Sequence record: JPID01000002.1
Reading direction: 5' to 3' (one strand)
DNA: 32,000 nucleotides
Below are positions 1-8,200 of this stretch, piece after piece. The stretch's first letter is position 1. Every line of letters begins with the position of its first letter. The notes beneath the pieces are model-generated. The model was not told where the DNA came from. It saw only the letters and a list, made by a program, of their open reading frames with translations, and made no database searches. The position numbers were made by a program, and so were the translations under genes.

Positions 1-581
1 ACAGCAACTTGATCTACTAAACCATAGACTTTTGCTTCTTCGGCTGATAAAAATTGATCACGATCCATATCTCGTGAAATACGGCTTAGAGGTTGACCAG
101 TTCGTTGAGCATAAATTTGACCGACTTGTCTTCGAATACGCATTACTTCTTCTGATTCTGCTAAAACTTCTGAAGCTTGACCCTGACTACCACCTTCGGG
201 TTGATGGATCATAATACGTGAATAAGGTAATGCGATACGTTTACCAGTATCACCACCAGCTAAAATAAATGAAGCCATTGATGCTGCTGTTCCGACACAA
301 ATAGTTGTAACTGGTGATTGAACATAGTTCATTGCATCGTAGACTGCAATTCCACATGTCACAGATCCGCCGGGCGAGTTTATATATAAATATAAACCTT
401 TATTCTTATCTTCAGAGTTTAAATATAGCATGATACCAATAAGTTGGTTTGCTAACTCATCATCTAATTCTTGACATAAAAATAAAACACGTTCACGATA
501 AAGCCTATTATATAAATCAACCCACTGAGCTGATGGCTCTCCAGGTAAACGAAAAGGGACTTTAGGGACTCCAATTGGCAT
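1..581 (-). CDS. clpP: ATP-dependent Clp protease proteolytic subunit (3' end off-window, about 193 codons visible)
   Basis: The reverse complement from the ATG at 581 reads [74 protein letters not shown]...[18 protein letters not shown]...[10 protein letters not shown]. It contains the ClpP Ser and His catalytic motifs. The frame stays open to the window edge, with no intron or insertion visible. It is absent from the ORF track because the stop codon lies off-window. Confidence 0.93.
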   Translation of the reverse strand, partial: MPIGVPKVPFRLPGEPSAQWVDLYNRLYRERVLFLCQELDDELANQLIGIMLYLNSEDKNKGLYLYINSPGGSVTCGIAVYDAMNYVQSPVTTICVGTAASMASFILAGGDTGKRIALPYSRIMIHQPEGGSQGQASEVLAESEEVMRIRRQVGQIYAQRTGQPLSRISRDMDRDQFLSAEEAKVYGLVDQVA

Positions 582-616
582 AAATTTAGTTCTCTATTCA
601 TTATCTATATATATAT

Positions 617-645
617 AGTATATACTATATTACTATAGATAGCAA
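617..645 (-). promoter_or_regulatory. Candidate PEP (sigma70-type) promoter for clpP: TTGCTA-N17-TATACT
   Basis: On the minus strand, TTGCTA sits at 645-640, followed by a 17-nt spacer and TATACT at 622-617. The -10 box ends 36 nt upstream of the clpP ATG. This is a consensus match only; no TSS data are available. Confidence 0.45.
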
Positions 646-693
646 AAGTAATATTCACTAAATATTAAAAATATTAAATTTTAATATTTAATA

Positions 694-704
694 TATGCTA
701 TACT
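694..704 (+). promoter_or_regulatory. Candidate extended -10 promoter for psbB (TATGcTATACT)
   Basis: TG at 696-697, one nt, then TATACT at 699-704, 59 nt upstream of the psbB ATG. The same TATGnTATACTA module occurs upstream of psbA, psbN and psbI. Confidence 0.4.
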
Positions 705-762
705 AATCTTAATAGTAGATTAAAAGAAAGAAAGTAAAAAATTATTAACATTAACAATTGTT

Positions 763-2289
763 ATGGGTCTTCCTTGGTATCGTGTTCACACAGTTGTATT
801 AAATGATCCAGGTCGTTTAATTTCTGTTCACTTAATGCATACAGGACTAGTTTCTGGTTGGGCTGGTTCAATGGCATTTTATGAATTAGCTGTTTTTGAT
901 CCTTCTGATCCTGTATTAAATCCAATGTGGCGTCAAGGTATGTTTGTATTACCATTTATGACACGTTTAGGTATTACAGAATCATGGGGTGGTTGGACAA
1001 TTAGTGGTGAAACAGCTTCAAATCCTGGTTTATGGAGTTATGAAGGTGTTGCTGCAACACACATCATTTTAGCTGGTTTACTTTTTGCTGCGTCAATTTG
1101 GCATTGGGTTTATTGGGATTTAGAATTATTCCGTGATCCACGTACAGGCAATCCAGCATTAGATTTACCAAAAATTTTCGGTATTCACTTATTTTTAAGT
1201 GGGCTATTATGTTTTGGTTTTGGAGCATTTCATGTAACAGGTTTATTTGGACCAGGTATTTGGGTATCTGATCCGTATGGTATTACGGGTAGTGTTCAAG
1301 GAGTAGCACCATCTTGGGATTCTACTGGGTTTGATCCTTATAACCCAGGTGGTATTGCAGCACATCATATTGCTGCTGGGATTTTAGGTGTTATTGCAGG
1401 TTTATTCCACTTATGTGTTCGCCCACCACAACGTTTATATAACGGTTTACGAATGGGTAATATTGAAACTGTACTTTCAAGTAGTATTGCTGCTGTATTC
1501 TGGGCTGCATTCGTTGTAGCAGGTACAATGTGGTATGGGTCAGCTGCAACACCAATTGAATTATTTGGTCCAACTCGTTATCAGTGGGATTTAGGTTTCT
1601 TCCAAGAAGAAATTGAAACACGTGTACAAACAAGTTTAGCTGAAGGTAAATCAGCATCACAAGCATGGGCTGAAATTCCAGAAAAATTAGCTTTTTATGA
1701 CTATATTGGTAATAACCCAGCCAAAGGTGGTTTATTCCGTACTGGTGCTATGAATAGTGGTGATGGTATCGCTGTAGGTTGGCTTGGACATGCAGTTTTT
1801 AAAGATAAAAATGGTAATGAACTATTTGTTCGTCGTATGCCATCATTCTTTGAAACATTCCCAGTTATTTTATTAGATAAAGATGGTATTGTTCGTGCTG
1901 ATGTGCCATTCCGTCGTGCAGAATCAAAATATAGTGTTGAGCAGGTTGGATTATCAGTAACATTCTATGGTGGTGAATTAGATGGAGTAACATTTACTGA
2001 TCCAGCAACAGTGAAAAAATATGCTCGTCGTGCTCAACTTGGTGAAATTTTTGAGTTTGATCGTGCAACATTACAATCTGATGGTGTATTCCGTTCAAGC
2101 CCTCGTGGTTGGTTCACTTATGCTCATTTATGTTTTGCGCTATTATTTTTCTTTGGTCATATTTGGCATGGTGCACGTACAATTTTCCGTGATGTATTTG
2201 CCGGTATTGATGCTGATTTAGAAGAACAAGTAGAATTCGGTGCCTTCATTAAATTAGGTGACACAACTACTCGTCGTCAATCAATCTAA
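763..2289 (+). CDS. psbB: Photosystem II CP47 chlorophyll apoprotein
   Basis: 508-aa [73 protein letters not shown] is a canonical CP47 sequence, and the ORF is full length. Confidence 0.99.
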   Translation: MGLPWYRVHTVVLNDPGRLISVHLMHTGLVSGWAGSMAFYELAVFDPSDPVLNPMWRQGMFVLPFMTRLGITESWGGWTISGETASNPGLWSYEGVAATHIILAGLLFAASIWHWVYWDLELFRDPRTGNPALDLPKIFGIHLFLSGLLCFGFGAFHVTGLFGPGIWVSDPYGITGSVQGVAPSWDSTGFDPYNPGGIAAHHIAAGILGVIAGLFHLCVRPPQRLYNGLRMGNIETVLSSSIAAVFWAAFVVAGTMWYGSAATPIELFGPTRYQWDLGFFQEEIETRVQTSLAEGKSASQAWAEIPEKLAFYDYIGNNPAKGGLFRTGAMNSGDGIAVGWLGHAVFKDKNGNELFVRRMPSFFETFPVILLDKDGIVRADVPFRRAESKYSVEQVGLSVTFYGGELDGVTFTDPATVKKYARRAQLGEIFEFDRATLQSDGVFRSSPRGWFTYAHLCFALLFFFGHIWHGARTIFRDVFAGIDADLEEQVEFGAFIKLGDTTTRRQSI

Positions 2290-2362
2290 ATTGGTTTAAT
2301 ATAAAACTTAGTGAAATCTAAGTTGTATTATGCTAAATAAAGACTTGAAATAAGGAATTATT

Positions 2363-2461
2363 ATGGAAGCATTAGTTTATACATTTTTATTAATTGGTAC
2401 ATTAGGTATTATCTTTTTCTCTATTTTCTTTAGAGAACCACCACGTATTAATACTAAATAA
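2363..2461 (+). CDS. psbT: Photosystem II protein T
   Basis: 32-codon [35 protein letters not shown], in the conserved position just downstream of psbB. It is below the ORF-track size cutoff. Confidence 0.94.
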   Translation: MEALVYTFLLIGTLGIIFFSIFFREPPRINTK

Positions 2462-2485
2462 TACGTATTAGGTATTTTATATTTT

Positions 2486-2517
2486 TGAAATCGGGATTCA
2501 TTGAACTCCCGATTTCA
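2486..2517. terminator. Stem-loop between the convergent psbT and psbN 3' ends
   Basis: 11-bp perfect stem, TGAAATCGGGA / TCCCGATTTCA, with a 10-nt loop. The structure is read directly. A role as a 3'-end processing or stability element is inferred. Confidence 0.55.
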
Positions 2518-2522
2518 GTATA

Positions 2523-2657
2523 TTAATCTTCATGTTCCTCAAATGGATCGCGTAATTTATTTGAAGGTGGCCCAAATCCAACATAGATTGAATATCCAGT
2601 TGCACTTAGTAAAAGACACCATAAAAAAATTGCAAAGAAAAAAGCTGGACTGTCCAT
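2523..2657 (-). CDS. psbN: Photosystem II protein N
   Basis: The reverse strand encodes [44 protein letters not shown] (44 aa). It lies on the opposite strand between psbT and psbH, which is the classic arrangement. Confidence 0.94.
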   Translation of the reverse strand: MDSPAFFFAIFLWCLLLSATGYSIYVGFGPPSNKLRDPFEEHED

Positions 2658-2698
2658 AAATTATTTATTTAATAATATTTATAATTGCTACTAGTTAT

Positions 2699-2707
2699 AG
2701 TATACCA
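2699..2707 (-). promoter_or_regulatory. Candidate extended -10 promoter for psbN (TGgTATACT)
   Basis: The minus strand reads TTTAGTATGGTATACTATAA. The -10 box ends 42 nt upstream of the psbN ATG. 17 of 19 nt are identical to the psbA upstream motif TTTAGTATGATATACTAAAC. Confidence 0.45.
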
Positions 2708-2763
2708 TACTAAAAATTAAATTTTTTAAATAAAACTAAAAAAGTTTTATATTCTTACAAATG

Positions 2764-2774
2764 TGCTATATAAT
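2764..2774 (+). promoter_or_regulatory. Candidate extended -10 promoter for psbH (TGcTATATAAT)
   Basis: TG at 2764-2765, then TATATA/TATAAT at 2767-2774, about 72 nt upstream of the psbH ATG. It resembles the psbB element (TGCTATA...). Confidence 0.3.
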
Positions 2775-2845
2775 ATATGTATATTGATAGTATCAACCAC
2801 AAAATTCGAATTATAGAAAGTAAAAAAAATTAATTAAAAATTAAT

Positions 2846-3094
2846 ATGGCTACTGGAACTACATCAAAAGTAAAATCAGCAAATCAAGAATCAGGTCTAG
2901 TAACACCATTAGGTACATTACTAAAACCATTAAATTCTGAATATGGTAAAGTTGCTCCAGGTTGGGGTACAACAGTTGTTATGGGTGTTTTTATGGCTTT
3001 ATTTGCTATTTTCTTAGTAATTATTTTAGAGATTTATAATAGTTCAGTAATTTTAGACGATGTTACAATGAGTTGGACAGCTCTTGCAAAATAA
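2846..3094 (+). CDS. psbH: Photosystem II phosphoprotein H
   Basis: 82-aa [71 protein letters not shown]. This is the PsbH signature with an N-terminal Thr cluster. Confidence 0.97.
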   Translation: MATGTTSKVKSANQESGLVTPLGTLLKPLNSEYGKVAPGWGTTVVMGVFMALFAIFLVIILEIYNSSVILDDVTMSWTALAK

Positions 3095-3114
3095 AGTTCA
3101 TTAAACAAATTATA

Positions 3115-3143
3115 GAGATTACTCTTTAATCAAGAGTAATCTC
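3115..3143. terminator. Stem-loop between the psbH 3' end and the trnL 3' end
   Basis: 12-bp perfect stem, GAGATTACTCTT / AAGAGTAATCTC, with a 5-nt loop. Confidence 0.55.
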
Positions 3144-3158
3144 CGATTATTACTAAAT

Positions 3159-3430
3159 TGGGGATAGAGAGACTTGAACTCTCACGATTCAATGAATCAA
3201 CGGATTTTCAGTTTGAAAACTGGACTCTCTCTTTATCCAAATCTTTTTTTTGGATAGCTCCCGTCGAGTCTCTGCACCTTTTAAATTCAATATTTAAATT
3301 GGCTCAAGATTGCTTTAAAAAAAGTTTCCTTGAATTTGAGAGCATTCACTTAATAAATTCCTCTATTAAGGCTCAATATTATACCTTGACCCTTTAAGTC
3401 CGTTGCGTCTACCAATTCCGCCATATCCCC
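3159..3430 (-). tRNA. trnL(UAA): tRNA-Leu(UAA) interrupted by a group I intron
   Basis: The 5' exon is at 3430-3396 (GGGGATATGGCGGAATTGGTAGACGCAACGGACTT). The 3' exon is at 3208-3159 (AAAATCCGTTGATTCATTGAATCGTGAGAGTTCAAGTCTCTCTATCCCCA). The intron splits the anticodon between U34 and A35, as in cyanobacterial and plastid trnL(UAA). Confidence 0.93.
3209..3395 (-). other. Group I intron of trnL(UAA), 187 nt
   Basis: The intron follows an exon-terminal U and ends in G. It carries the conserved core strings TTGAGCC, TTAAGTGAATGCTCTCAAA, CTTGAGCCAA, AAAGGTGCAGAGACTCGACGGGAGCTA and AAAGAGAGAGTCCA, which I recognise from the cyanobacterial and plastid tRNA-Leu intron. The 79-aa plus-strand ORF at 3158-3397 is antisense to it and is spurious. 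Confidence 0.9.
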
Positions 3431-3550
3431 TTAATGTATATTATGATTGTAACATAAGAATTATGTATATGTAAATATATTAATAATAAATATATTATTT
3501 GTAATTTTTCTTATTACAATGTAAAATATATTTAGATATTGAAAGTATCA

Positions 3551-3632
3551 GGGTCGATGTCCGAGTGGTTAATGGAGGCGGATTGTAAATCCGTTGGCTT
3601 TGCCTACGCTGGTTCAAATCCAGCTCGGCCCA
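3551..3632 (+). tRNA. trnY(GUA): tRNA-Tyr(GUA)
   Basis: GGGTCGATGTCCGAGTGGTTAATGGAGGCGGATTGTAAATCCGT... The acceptor stem is GGGTCGA/TCGGCCC, the anticodon loop is TTGTAAA, and it has a long variable arm and a TTCAAAT T-loop. Confidence 0.92.
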
Positions 3633-3642
3633 AACTATACTA

Positions 3643-3674
3643 TTTCTTATGGATAAATTAATTTCCATAAGAAA
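3643..3674. terminator. Stem-loop between the trnY 3' end and the psbM 3' end
   Basis: 11-bp perfect stem, TTTCTTATGGA / TCCATAAGAAA, with a 10-nt loop. Confidence 0.5.
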
Positions 3675-3680
3675 AAATTT

Positions 3681-3788
3681 TTATTGTTCTTCATTACTTG
3701 CTGTTTTAACGTATAAAATTAGTAAGAATGATGTTGGGATAATAATAAATAGCGCTGTTGCAATTAAGCCTAAAATATTTACTTCCAT
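3681..3788 (-). CDS. psbM: Photosystem II protein M
   Basis: The reverse strand encodes [35 protein letters not shown] (35 aa), a canonical PsbM. Confidence 0.93.
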   Translation of the reverse strand: MEVNILGLIATALFIIIPTSFLLILYVKTASNEEQ

Positions 3789-3932
3789 GAAGGTTAACTC
3801 CAAATATACATAAAAATCAAGTTGAACAAGTGTTTACTTGATTATTAATTTAGCTGTTAATATTTATTGTACTAGAAAATTCTGAAAAATAAAAAGTTTT
3901 TAATAAATATATTTATTCAATATAGTTCATAC

Positions 3933-4019
3933 CGGAGAAGGGGGGATTCGAACCCCCGGTAGTCTCGCAACTACGCCGGTTTTCAAAACCGGTGCAATCA
4001 ACCACTCTGCCACCTCTCC
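3933..4019 (-). tRNA. trnS(UGA): tRNA-Ser(UGA)
   Basis: The reverse complement reads GGAGAGGTGGCAGAGTGGTTGATTGCACCGGTTTTGAAAACCGGCGTAGTTGCGAGACTACCGGGGGTTCGAATCCCCCTTCTCCG. The anticodon loop is TTTGAAA, and it has a long variable arm and discriminator G. Confidence 0.92.
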
Positions 4020-4034
4020 ATTGTTCATGTACTA

Positions 4035-4107
4035 AGCGGGTAACGCGACTCGAACGCGCGACATGCACCTTGGCAAGGTGCCGCTCTACCAACTGAGCTA
4101 TACCCGC
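4035..4107 (-). tRNA. trnG(GCC): tRNA-Gly(GCC), copy 1
   Basis: The reverse complement reads GCGGGTATAGCTCAGTTGGTAGAGCGGCACCTTGCCAAGGTGCATGTCGCGCGTTCGAGTCGCGTTACCCGCT. It is identical over all 73 nt to the plus-strand copy at 27679-27751. Confidence 0.95.
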
Positions 4108-4222
4108 GTTAAAAGTACATTTATATTTGTACCATAAATTGTTTTAATTTGCAACTAATTTATAAATAAATGTATAATTATTGACATTTATTAAAGTATA
4201 TAATAACCTTATAACTAAGTTT

Positions 4223-4296
4223 AGCGGAGTAGAGCAGTCTGGTAGCTCGTAAGGCTCATAACCTTAAGGTCGTAGGTTCGAATCCTACCTCCGCTC
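4223..4296 (+). tRNA. trnfM(CAU): Initiator tRNA-fMet(CAU)
   Basis: AGCGGAGTAGAGCAGTCTGGTAGCTCGTAAGGCTCATAACCTTAAGGTCGTAGGTTCGAATCCTACCTCCGCTC. It is close to plastid trnfM (..GCGGAGTAGAGCAG..GGTAGCTCG.AAGGCTCATAACCTT.AGGTC). The A11:T24 pair is typical of initiator tRNAs. Confidence 0.85.
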
Positions 4297-4313
4297 AGGT
4301 TAAAACTAAACTA

Positions 4314-4342
4314 TTGACAATATACAAAAAAAAGTATATTAT
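4314..4342 (+). promoter_or_regulatory. Candidate PEP promoter for trnE: TTGACA-N17-TATTAT
   Basis: A perfect -35 box TTGACA at 4314-4319, a 17-nt spacer, then TATTAT at 4337-4342. The -10 box ends 12 nt upstream of the mature trnE 5' end. Confidence 0.45.
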
Positions 4343-4353
4343 GTATATAAAAA

Positions 4354-4426
4354 GCCCCCATCGTCTAGAGGCCTAGGACATCTCCCTTTCACGGAGGAAA
4401 CGGGGATTCGAATTCCCCTGGGGGTA
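4354..4426 (+). tRNA. trnE(UUC): tRNA-Glu(UUC)
   Basis: GCCCCCATCGTCTAGAGGCCTAGGACATCTCCCTTTCACGGAGGAAACGGGGATTCGAATTCCCCTGGGGGTA, a typical plastid trnE with anticodon TTC. Confidence 0.95.
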
Positions 4427-4614
4427 AACCCAACTTTATCTTATCTACTATTGCCAGTAGACAAGATTGAAATAAACTACTACAATGATCAAATAAAGCA
4501 TAGTAAAAAGTTTTCTCTTTTTTCTATGAAAATCTCTTAAAAAGTGCTATTAAATACATTTTTTATGGGAAAAATTATTATAATTTAAACGAAATTAATT
4601 ATAGGAGAGCATAA

Positions 4615-4962
4615 ATGACTCGTGTTAAACGTGGTAATGTTGCTCGAAAACGACGTAAAGAAGTACTAAATTTAGCAAGTGGATTTAGAGGTTCGTCATC
4701 ACGTCTGTTTCGTACTGCTCAACAACAAACTATGAAAGCATTACGATATGCTTATCGAGATCGTAAACAAAGAAAACGTGAATATACAAGTTTATGGATT
4801 TCACGCTTAAATGCAGCAGCTAGACAACATGGAATGAATTACAATTCATTACGCCATCAATTAAAAAAATCAAATATTATTTTGAATCGAAAAGTATTAA
4901 GTCAAGTCGCAATTCGTGATCAAGAAGCATTTAATCAATTAATTGCACAAATTCAAGATTAA
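4615..4962 (+). CDS. rpl20: Ribosomal protein L20
   Basis: 115-aa [58 protein letters not shown]. This is the L20 signature, and AGGAGAG lies upstream. Confidence 0.97.
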   Translation: MTRVKRGNVARKRRKEVLNLASGFRGSSSRLFRTAQQQTMKALRYAYRDRKQRKREYTSLWISRLNAAARQHGMNYNSLRHQLKKSNIILNRKVLSQVAIRDQEAFNQLIAQIQD

Positions 4963-5018
4963 TTTGCTTCATATGAATATTTGATTCAAATAAAATACTT
5001 TGGAGGTAACTTCTAAAT

Positions 5019-5315
5019 ATGAATCAACCTAAATTAGGTAAGCGTGGATTTAAACCAAAACGCAAACCGGTGCCTGTTGTAATTGCAAAGCCTGGGGATC
5101 GTAAATTGTGGAATACTAACCAACCTGCACCACGTTCAACAATTGATTATAAAAATACAAAATTATTAATTAAGTTCATTAGTCCGCAAGGAAAAATTTT
5201 GCCACGACGTGCAACAGGTTTAACCGCAAAACAACAACGTGCAATGGCTACAGCTATTAAACGTGCACGTATGAGTGGTTTATTACCTTTTGTTAATTTA
5301 GAAATTAACAAATAA
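5019..5315 (+). CDS. rps18: Ribosomal protein S18
   Basis: 98-aa ORF with the core [56 protein letters not shown] lies upstream. Confidence 0.95.
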   Translation: MNQPKLGKRGFKPKRKPVPVVIAKPGDRKLWNTNQPAPRSTIDYKNTKLLIKFISPQGKILPRRATGLTAKQQRAMATAIKRARMSGLLPFVNLEINK

Positions 5316-5337
5316 AAATTTTCTCAATAAAACAATC

Positions 5338-5363
5338 AAAAATACTACCACTTAAGTATTTTT
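5338..5363. terminator. Stem-loop between the rps18 3' end and the trnW 3' end
   Basis: 9-bp stem, AAAAATACT / AGTATTTTT, with an 8-nt loop, followed by a T-run. Confidence 0.4.
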
Positions 5364-5406
5364 TTTGAGACAATACAATAAATACAGTTAAAAAAAAAAA
5401 ATTCAT

Positions 5407-5479
5407 CACGCCTTGTAGGACTTGAACCCACGACATCAGGTTTTGGAAACCTGCGTTCTACCAACTGAACTAAAGGCGT
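5407..5479 (-). tRNA. trnW(CCA): tRNA-Trp(CCA)
   Basis: The reverse complement reads ACGCCTTTAGTTCAGTTGGTAGAACGCAGGTTTCCAAAACCTGATGTCGTGGGTTCAAGTCCTACAAGGCGTG. The anticodon loop is TTCCAAA. Confidence 0.93.
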
Positions 5480-5481
5480 TT

Positions 5482-5555
5482 TCGGGATGACAGGATTCGA
5501 ACCTGCGACCTCCTGTTCCCAAAACAGGAGCGCTACCAAACTGCGCTACATCCCG
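5482..5555 (-). tRNA. trnP(UGG): tRNA-Pro(UGG)
   Basis: The reverse complement reads CGGGATGTAGCGCAGTTTGGTAGCGCTCCTGTTTTGGGAACAGGAGGTCGCAGGTTCGAATCCTGTCATCCCGA. The anticodon is TGG. Only 2 nt separate it from trnW. Confidence 0.93.
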
Positions 5556-5667
5556 ATACTGTGTTACAGTTATTTGTTTATAGTACCTAAGGCGCTAAAC
5601 TTTTGCAAGGGGTTTCTATTTCTTTGTGAAATTGATGAATTTCATAATTAATTTGGAGAAAGCAAAT

Positions 5668-5793
5668 ATGAAGGATTTTACAACATACTTATCTACAGCA
5701 CCAGTTCTTGCTCTTGTAAGCTTAACAGCTGTAGCAGGTTTATTAATTGAAATTAATCGCTATTTCCCAGATGCATTAATTCTTGCGTTTTAA
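5668..5793 (+). CDS. psaJ: Photosystem I subunit IX
   Basis: 41-aa [44 protein letters not shown]. It has the PsaJ signature (..TYLS.APV....[12 protein letters not shown]), and GGAG lies upstream. Confidence 0.92.
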   Translation: MKDFTTYLSTAPVLALVSLTAVAGLLIEINRYFPDALILAF

Positions 5794-5801
5794 TTAGAAT
5801 A

Positions 5802-5845
5802 AAAATTCTATATTAATTTTACTCATAAAATTAATATAGAATTTT
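5802..5845 (+). terminator. Stem-loop 3' of psaJ
   Basis: 19-bp perfect stem, AAAATTCTATATTAATTTT / AAAATTAATATAGAATTTT, with a 6-nt loop. It starts 9 nt after the psaJ stop codon. Confidence 0.6.
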
Positions 5846-5943
5846 GAATAACTGTATCAATACTTATTGAGAATATTTTACTAGTAATTTTACTTTAAAA
5901 AAATTAAATACTATTTAATAAATCTATTATTATATTTAATAAT

Positions 5944-6309
5944 ATGCCAACTATTCAACAATTAGTTCGTTCTGCTCGAACAAAAATATCAAAACCAACC
6001 AAATCAGCAGCATTAAAGCAATGCCCACAACGTCGCGGCGTATGTACACGTGTTTATACAACAACACCAAAGAAACCAAATTCGGCTTTAAGAAAAGTCG
6101 CTCGTGTTCGTTTATCATCAGGATTTGAAGTTACAGCTTATATTCCTGGAATTGGCCATAATTTACAAGAACATTCAGTTGTTTTAGTACGCGGTGGTCG
6201 AGTTAAAGATTTACCTGGGGTACGTTATCATATTGTTCGTGGAACATTAGATACTGCTGGTGTTAAAGAACGTTCACAAGGCCGTTCTAAATATGGTGTA
6301 AAAAAATAG
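5944..6309 (+). CDS. rps12: Ribosomal protein S12 (uninterrupted, not trans-spliced)
   Basis: 121-aa [63 protein letters not shown] stop codon. Confidence 0.98.
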   Translation: MPTIQQLVRSARTKISKPTKSAALKQCPQRRGVCTRVYTTTPKKPNSALRKVARVRLSSGFEVTAYIPGIGHNLQEHSVVLVRGGRVKDLPGVRYHIVRGTLDTAGVKERSQGRSKYGVKK

Positions 6310-6338
6310 AATTAAAATTATATATTAATTAGAAATTT

Positions 6339-6809
6339 ATGTCTCGTCGACGTACTCAAAAAAAACGTAGTGTAATGCCCGATCCGGTATATGATAGCCG
6401 TCTAATAGAATTAATCGTTCGTCAAATTATGCGTAAAGGGAAAAAATCTTTAGCGTATAAAATTATGTATGAAACTATGACACAAATTGCTGAAACTACG
6501 CAACAAGACCCATTAGTAGTTATTGAACAAGCAATTCGTAATGCAACGCCATTAGTTGAAGTTAAAGCACGTCGTGTTGGAGGATCAACGTATCAAGTTC
6601 CTTTAGAAGTATTACCAGAACGAGGAACAGCTCTTGCAATCCGTTGGATTTTAGCATCGTGTCGTGTTAAATCAGGTCGTCCAATGACAATAAAGTTAAC
6701 GTCTGAATTAATTGAAGCTTCAAAAAATTCTGGAAGTGCAATTCGAAAACGTGATGAAGTACATAAAATGGCAGAAGCTAATAAAGCATTTGCTAAATAT
6801 CGATTTTAA
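6339..6809 (+). CDS. rps7: Ribosomal protein S7
   Basis: 156-aa ORF with the S7 motifs: [44 protein letters not shown] and [10 protein letters not shown]. Confidence 0.98.
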   Translation: MSRRRTQKKRSVMPDPVYDSRLIELIVRQIMRKGKKSLAYKIMYETMTQIAETTQQDPLVVIEQAIRNATPLVEVKARRVGGSTYQVPLEVLPERGTALAIRWILASCRVKSGRPMTIKLTSELIEASKNSGSAIRKRDEVHKMAEANKAFAKYRF

Positions 6810-6877
6810 ATAATTGATATTGAATCAAGATCAAATTTATTTAAATTTTTGAAAAAAATATACACAAGGAAATTAAA

Positions 6878-8107
6878 ATGGCACGTGAAAAATTTGAACG
6901 TAGTAAACCACATATTAACATTGGAACAATCGGCCACGTTGATCATGGAAAAACAACATTAACAGCTGCTATTACAATGGCACTAGCATTACGTGGTGGT
7001 GGTAAAGGTCAAAAATATGACGATATTGATTCAGCACCAGAAGAAAAAGCCCGTGGTATTACTATTAATACTGCACATGTTGAATATGAAACAGAAAATC
7101 GTCATTATGCCCACGTAGATTGTCCAGGTCATGCTGATTATGTAAAAAATATGATTACTGGAGCAGCACAAATGGATGGCGCAATTTTAGTTGTATCAGG
7201 TGCTGATGGTCCAATGCCACAAACGAAAGAACACTTATTATTAGCTAAGCAAGTAGGTGTACCAAATATTGTTGTTTTCTTAAATAAAGAAGATCAAGTA
7301 GATGATCCTGAATTATTAGAATTAGTTGAACTAGAAATTCGTGAAACATTAGATAAATATGAATTCCCTGGGGATGATATTCCAATTGTTTCAGGTTCTG
7401 CTTTATTAGCATTAGAAGCATTAACAGAAGCGGAAACAATTGATCGTGGTCAAAATGAGTGGGTTGATAAAATTTATGCATTAATGGATGAAGTAGACTC
7501 ATATATTCCAACACCAGAACGTGCAACAGACAAACCATTCTTAATGGCGGTTGAAGATGTATTCTCAATTACTGGTCGTGGTACAGTAGCAACTGGTCGT
7601 GTAGAACGTGGTTTAGTAAAAATCGGTGATACAGTGGAAATTGTTGGTTTACGTGATACACGTTCAACAACAGTAACTGGTTTAGAAATGTTCCAAAAAA
7701 CATTAGAAGAAAGTGTTGCAGGTGATAATGTTGGAGTATTACTACGTGGTGTTCAAAAAGAAGACATTGAACGTGGAATGGTACTTGCACAACCAGGTAG
7801 TATCACACCACATACCGAATTTGAAGCACAAGTATATGTACTAACAAAAGAAGAAGGTGGTCGTCATACTCCATTCTTCCCGGGTTACCGTCCACAATTT
7901 TATGTACGAACTACTGATGTTACTGGAAAAATTGAATCATTCCGTGCAGATGATGATAGTGAAACACAAATGGTAATGCCAGGTGATCGTATTAAAATGA
8001 ATGTATCTTTAATTCAACCAATTGCCATTGAAAAAGGTATGCGCTTTGCAATCCGTGAAGGTGGGCGTACCGTAGGTGCTGGTGTTGTAAGTACTATTAC
8101 AAAATAA
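6878..8107 (+). CDS. tufA: Translation elongation factor Tu
   Basis: 409-aa [36 protein letters not shown]...[21 protein letters not shown]...NKEDQV. It has the G1-G4 GTPase motifs and follows rps12-rps7, as in the str operon. Confidence 0.99.
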   Translation: MAREKFERSKPHINIGTIGHVDHGKTTLTAAITMALALRGGGKGQKYDDIDSAPEEKARGITINTAHVEYETENRHYAHVDCPGHADYVKNMITGAAQMDGAILVVSGADGPMPQTKEHLLLAKQVGVPNIVVFLNKEDQVDDPELLELVELEIRETLDKYEFPGDDIPIVSGSALLALEALTEAETIDRGQNEWVDKIYALMDEVDSYIPTPERATDKPFLMAVEDVFSITGRGTVATGRVERGLVKIGDTVEIVGLRDTRSTTVTGLEMFQKTLEESVAGDNVGVLLRGVQKEDIERGMVLAQPGSITPHTEFEAQVYVLTKEEGGRHTPFFPGYRPQFYVRTTDVTGKIESFRADDDSETQMVMPGDRIKMNVSLIQPIAIEKGMRFAIREGGRTVGAGVVSTITK

Positions 8108-8120
8108 TCCAGTCCGTTCT

Positions 8121-8160
8121 TTCTATAATTTTATCGATTCTTATCGATAAAATTATAGAA
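8121..8160 (+). terminator. Stem-loop 3' of tufA
   Basis: 18-bp perfect stem, TTCTATAATTTTATCGAT / ATCGATAAAATTATAGAA, with a 4-nt loop. Confidence 0.6.
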
Positions 8161-8200
8161 TATATATTAATTAATATTTTAATTTGAAAAAAAAATTATT

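Noticed and set aside
3158-3397. 79-aa plus-strand ORF (MGIERLELSRFNESTDFQ...)
   Set aside because: It lies entirely antisense to the trnL(UAA) 3' exon and group I intron. It has no recognisable protein features. The open frame is explained by the constrained RNA sequence on the other strand.
4181-4204. Perfect TTGACA and TATAAT boxes upstream of trnfM
   Set aside because: The spacer is only 12 nt, which is incompatible with sigma70-type geometry. An alternative, TTGCAA-N18-TATAAT at 4149-4178, is possible. I could not distinguish it from AT-rich background, so no promoter is called.
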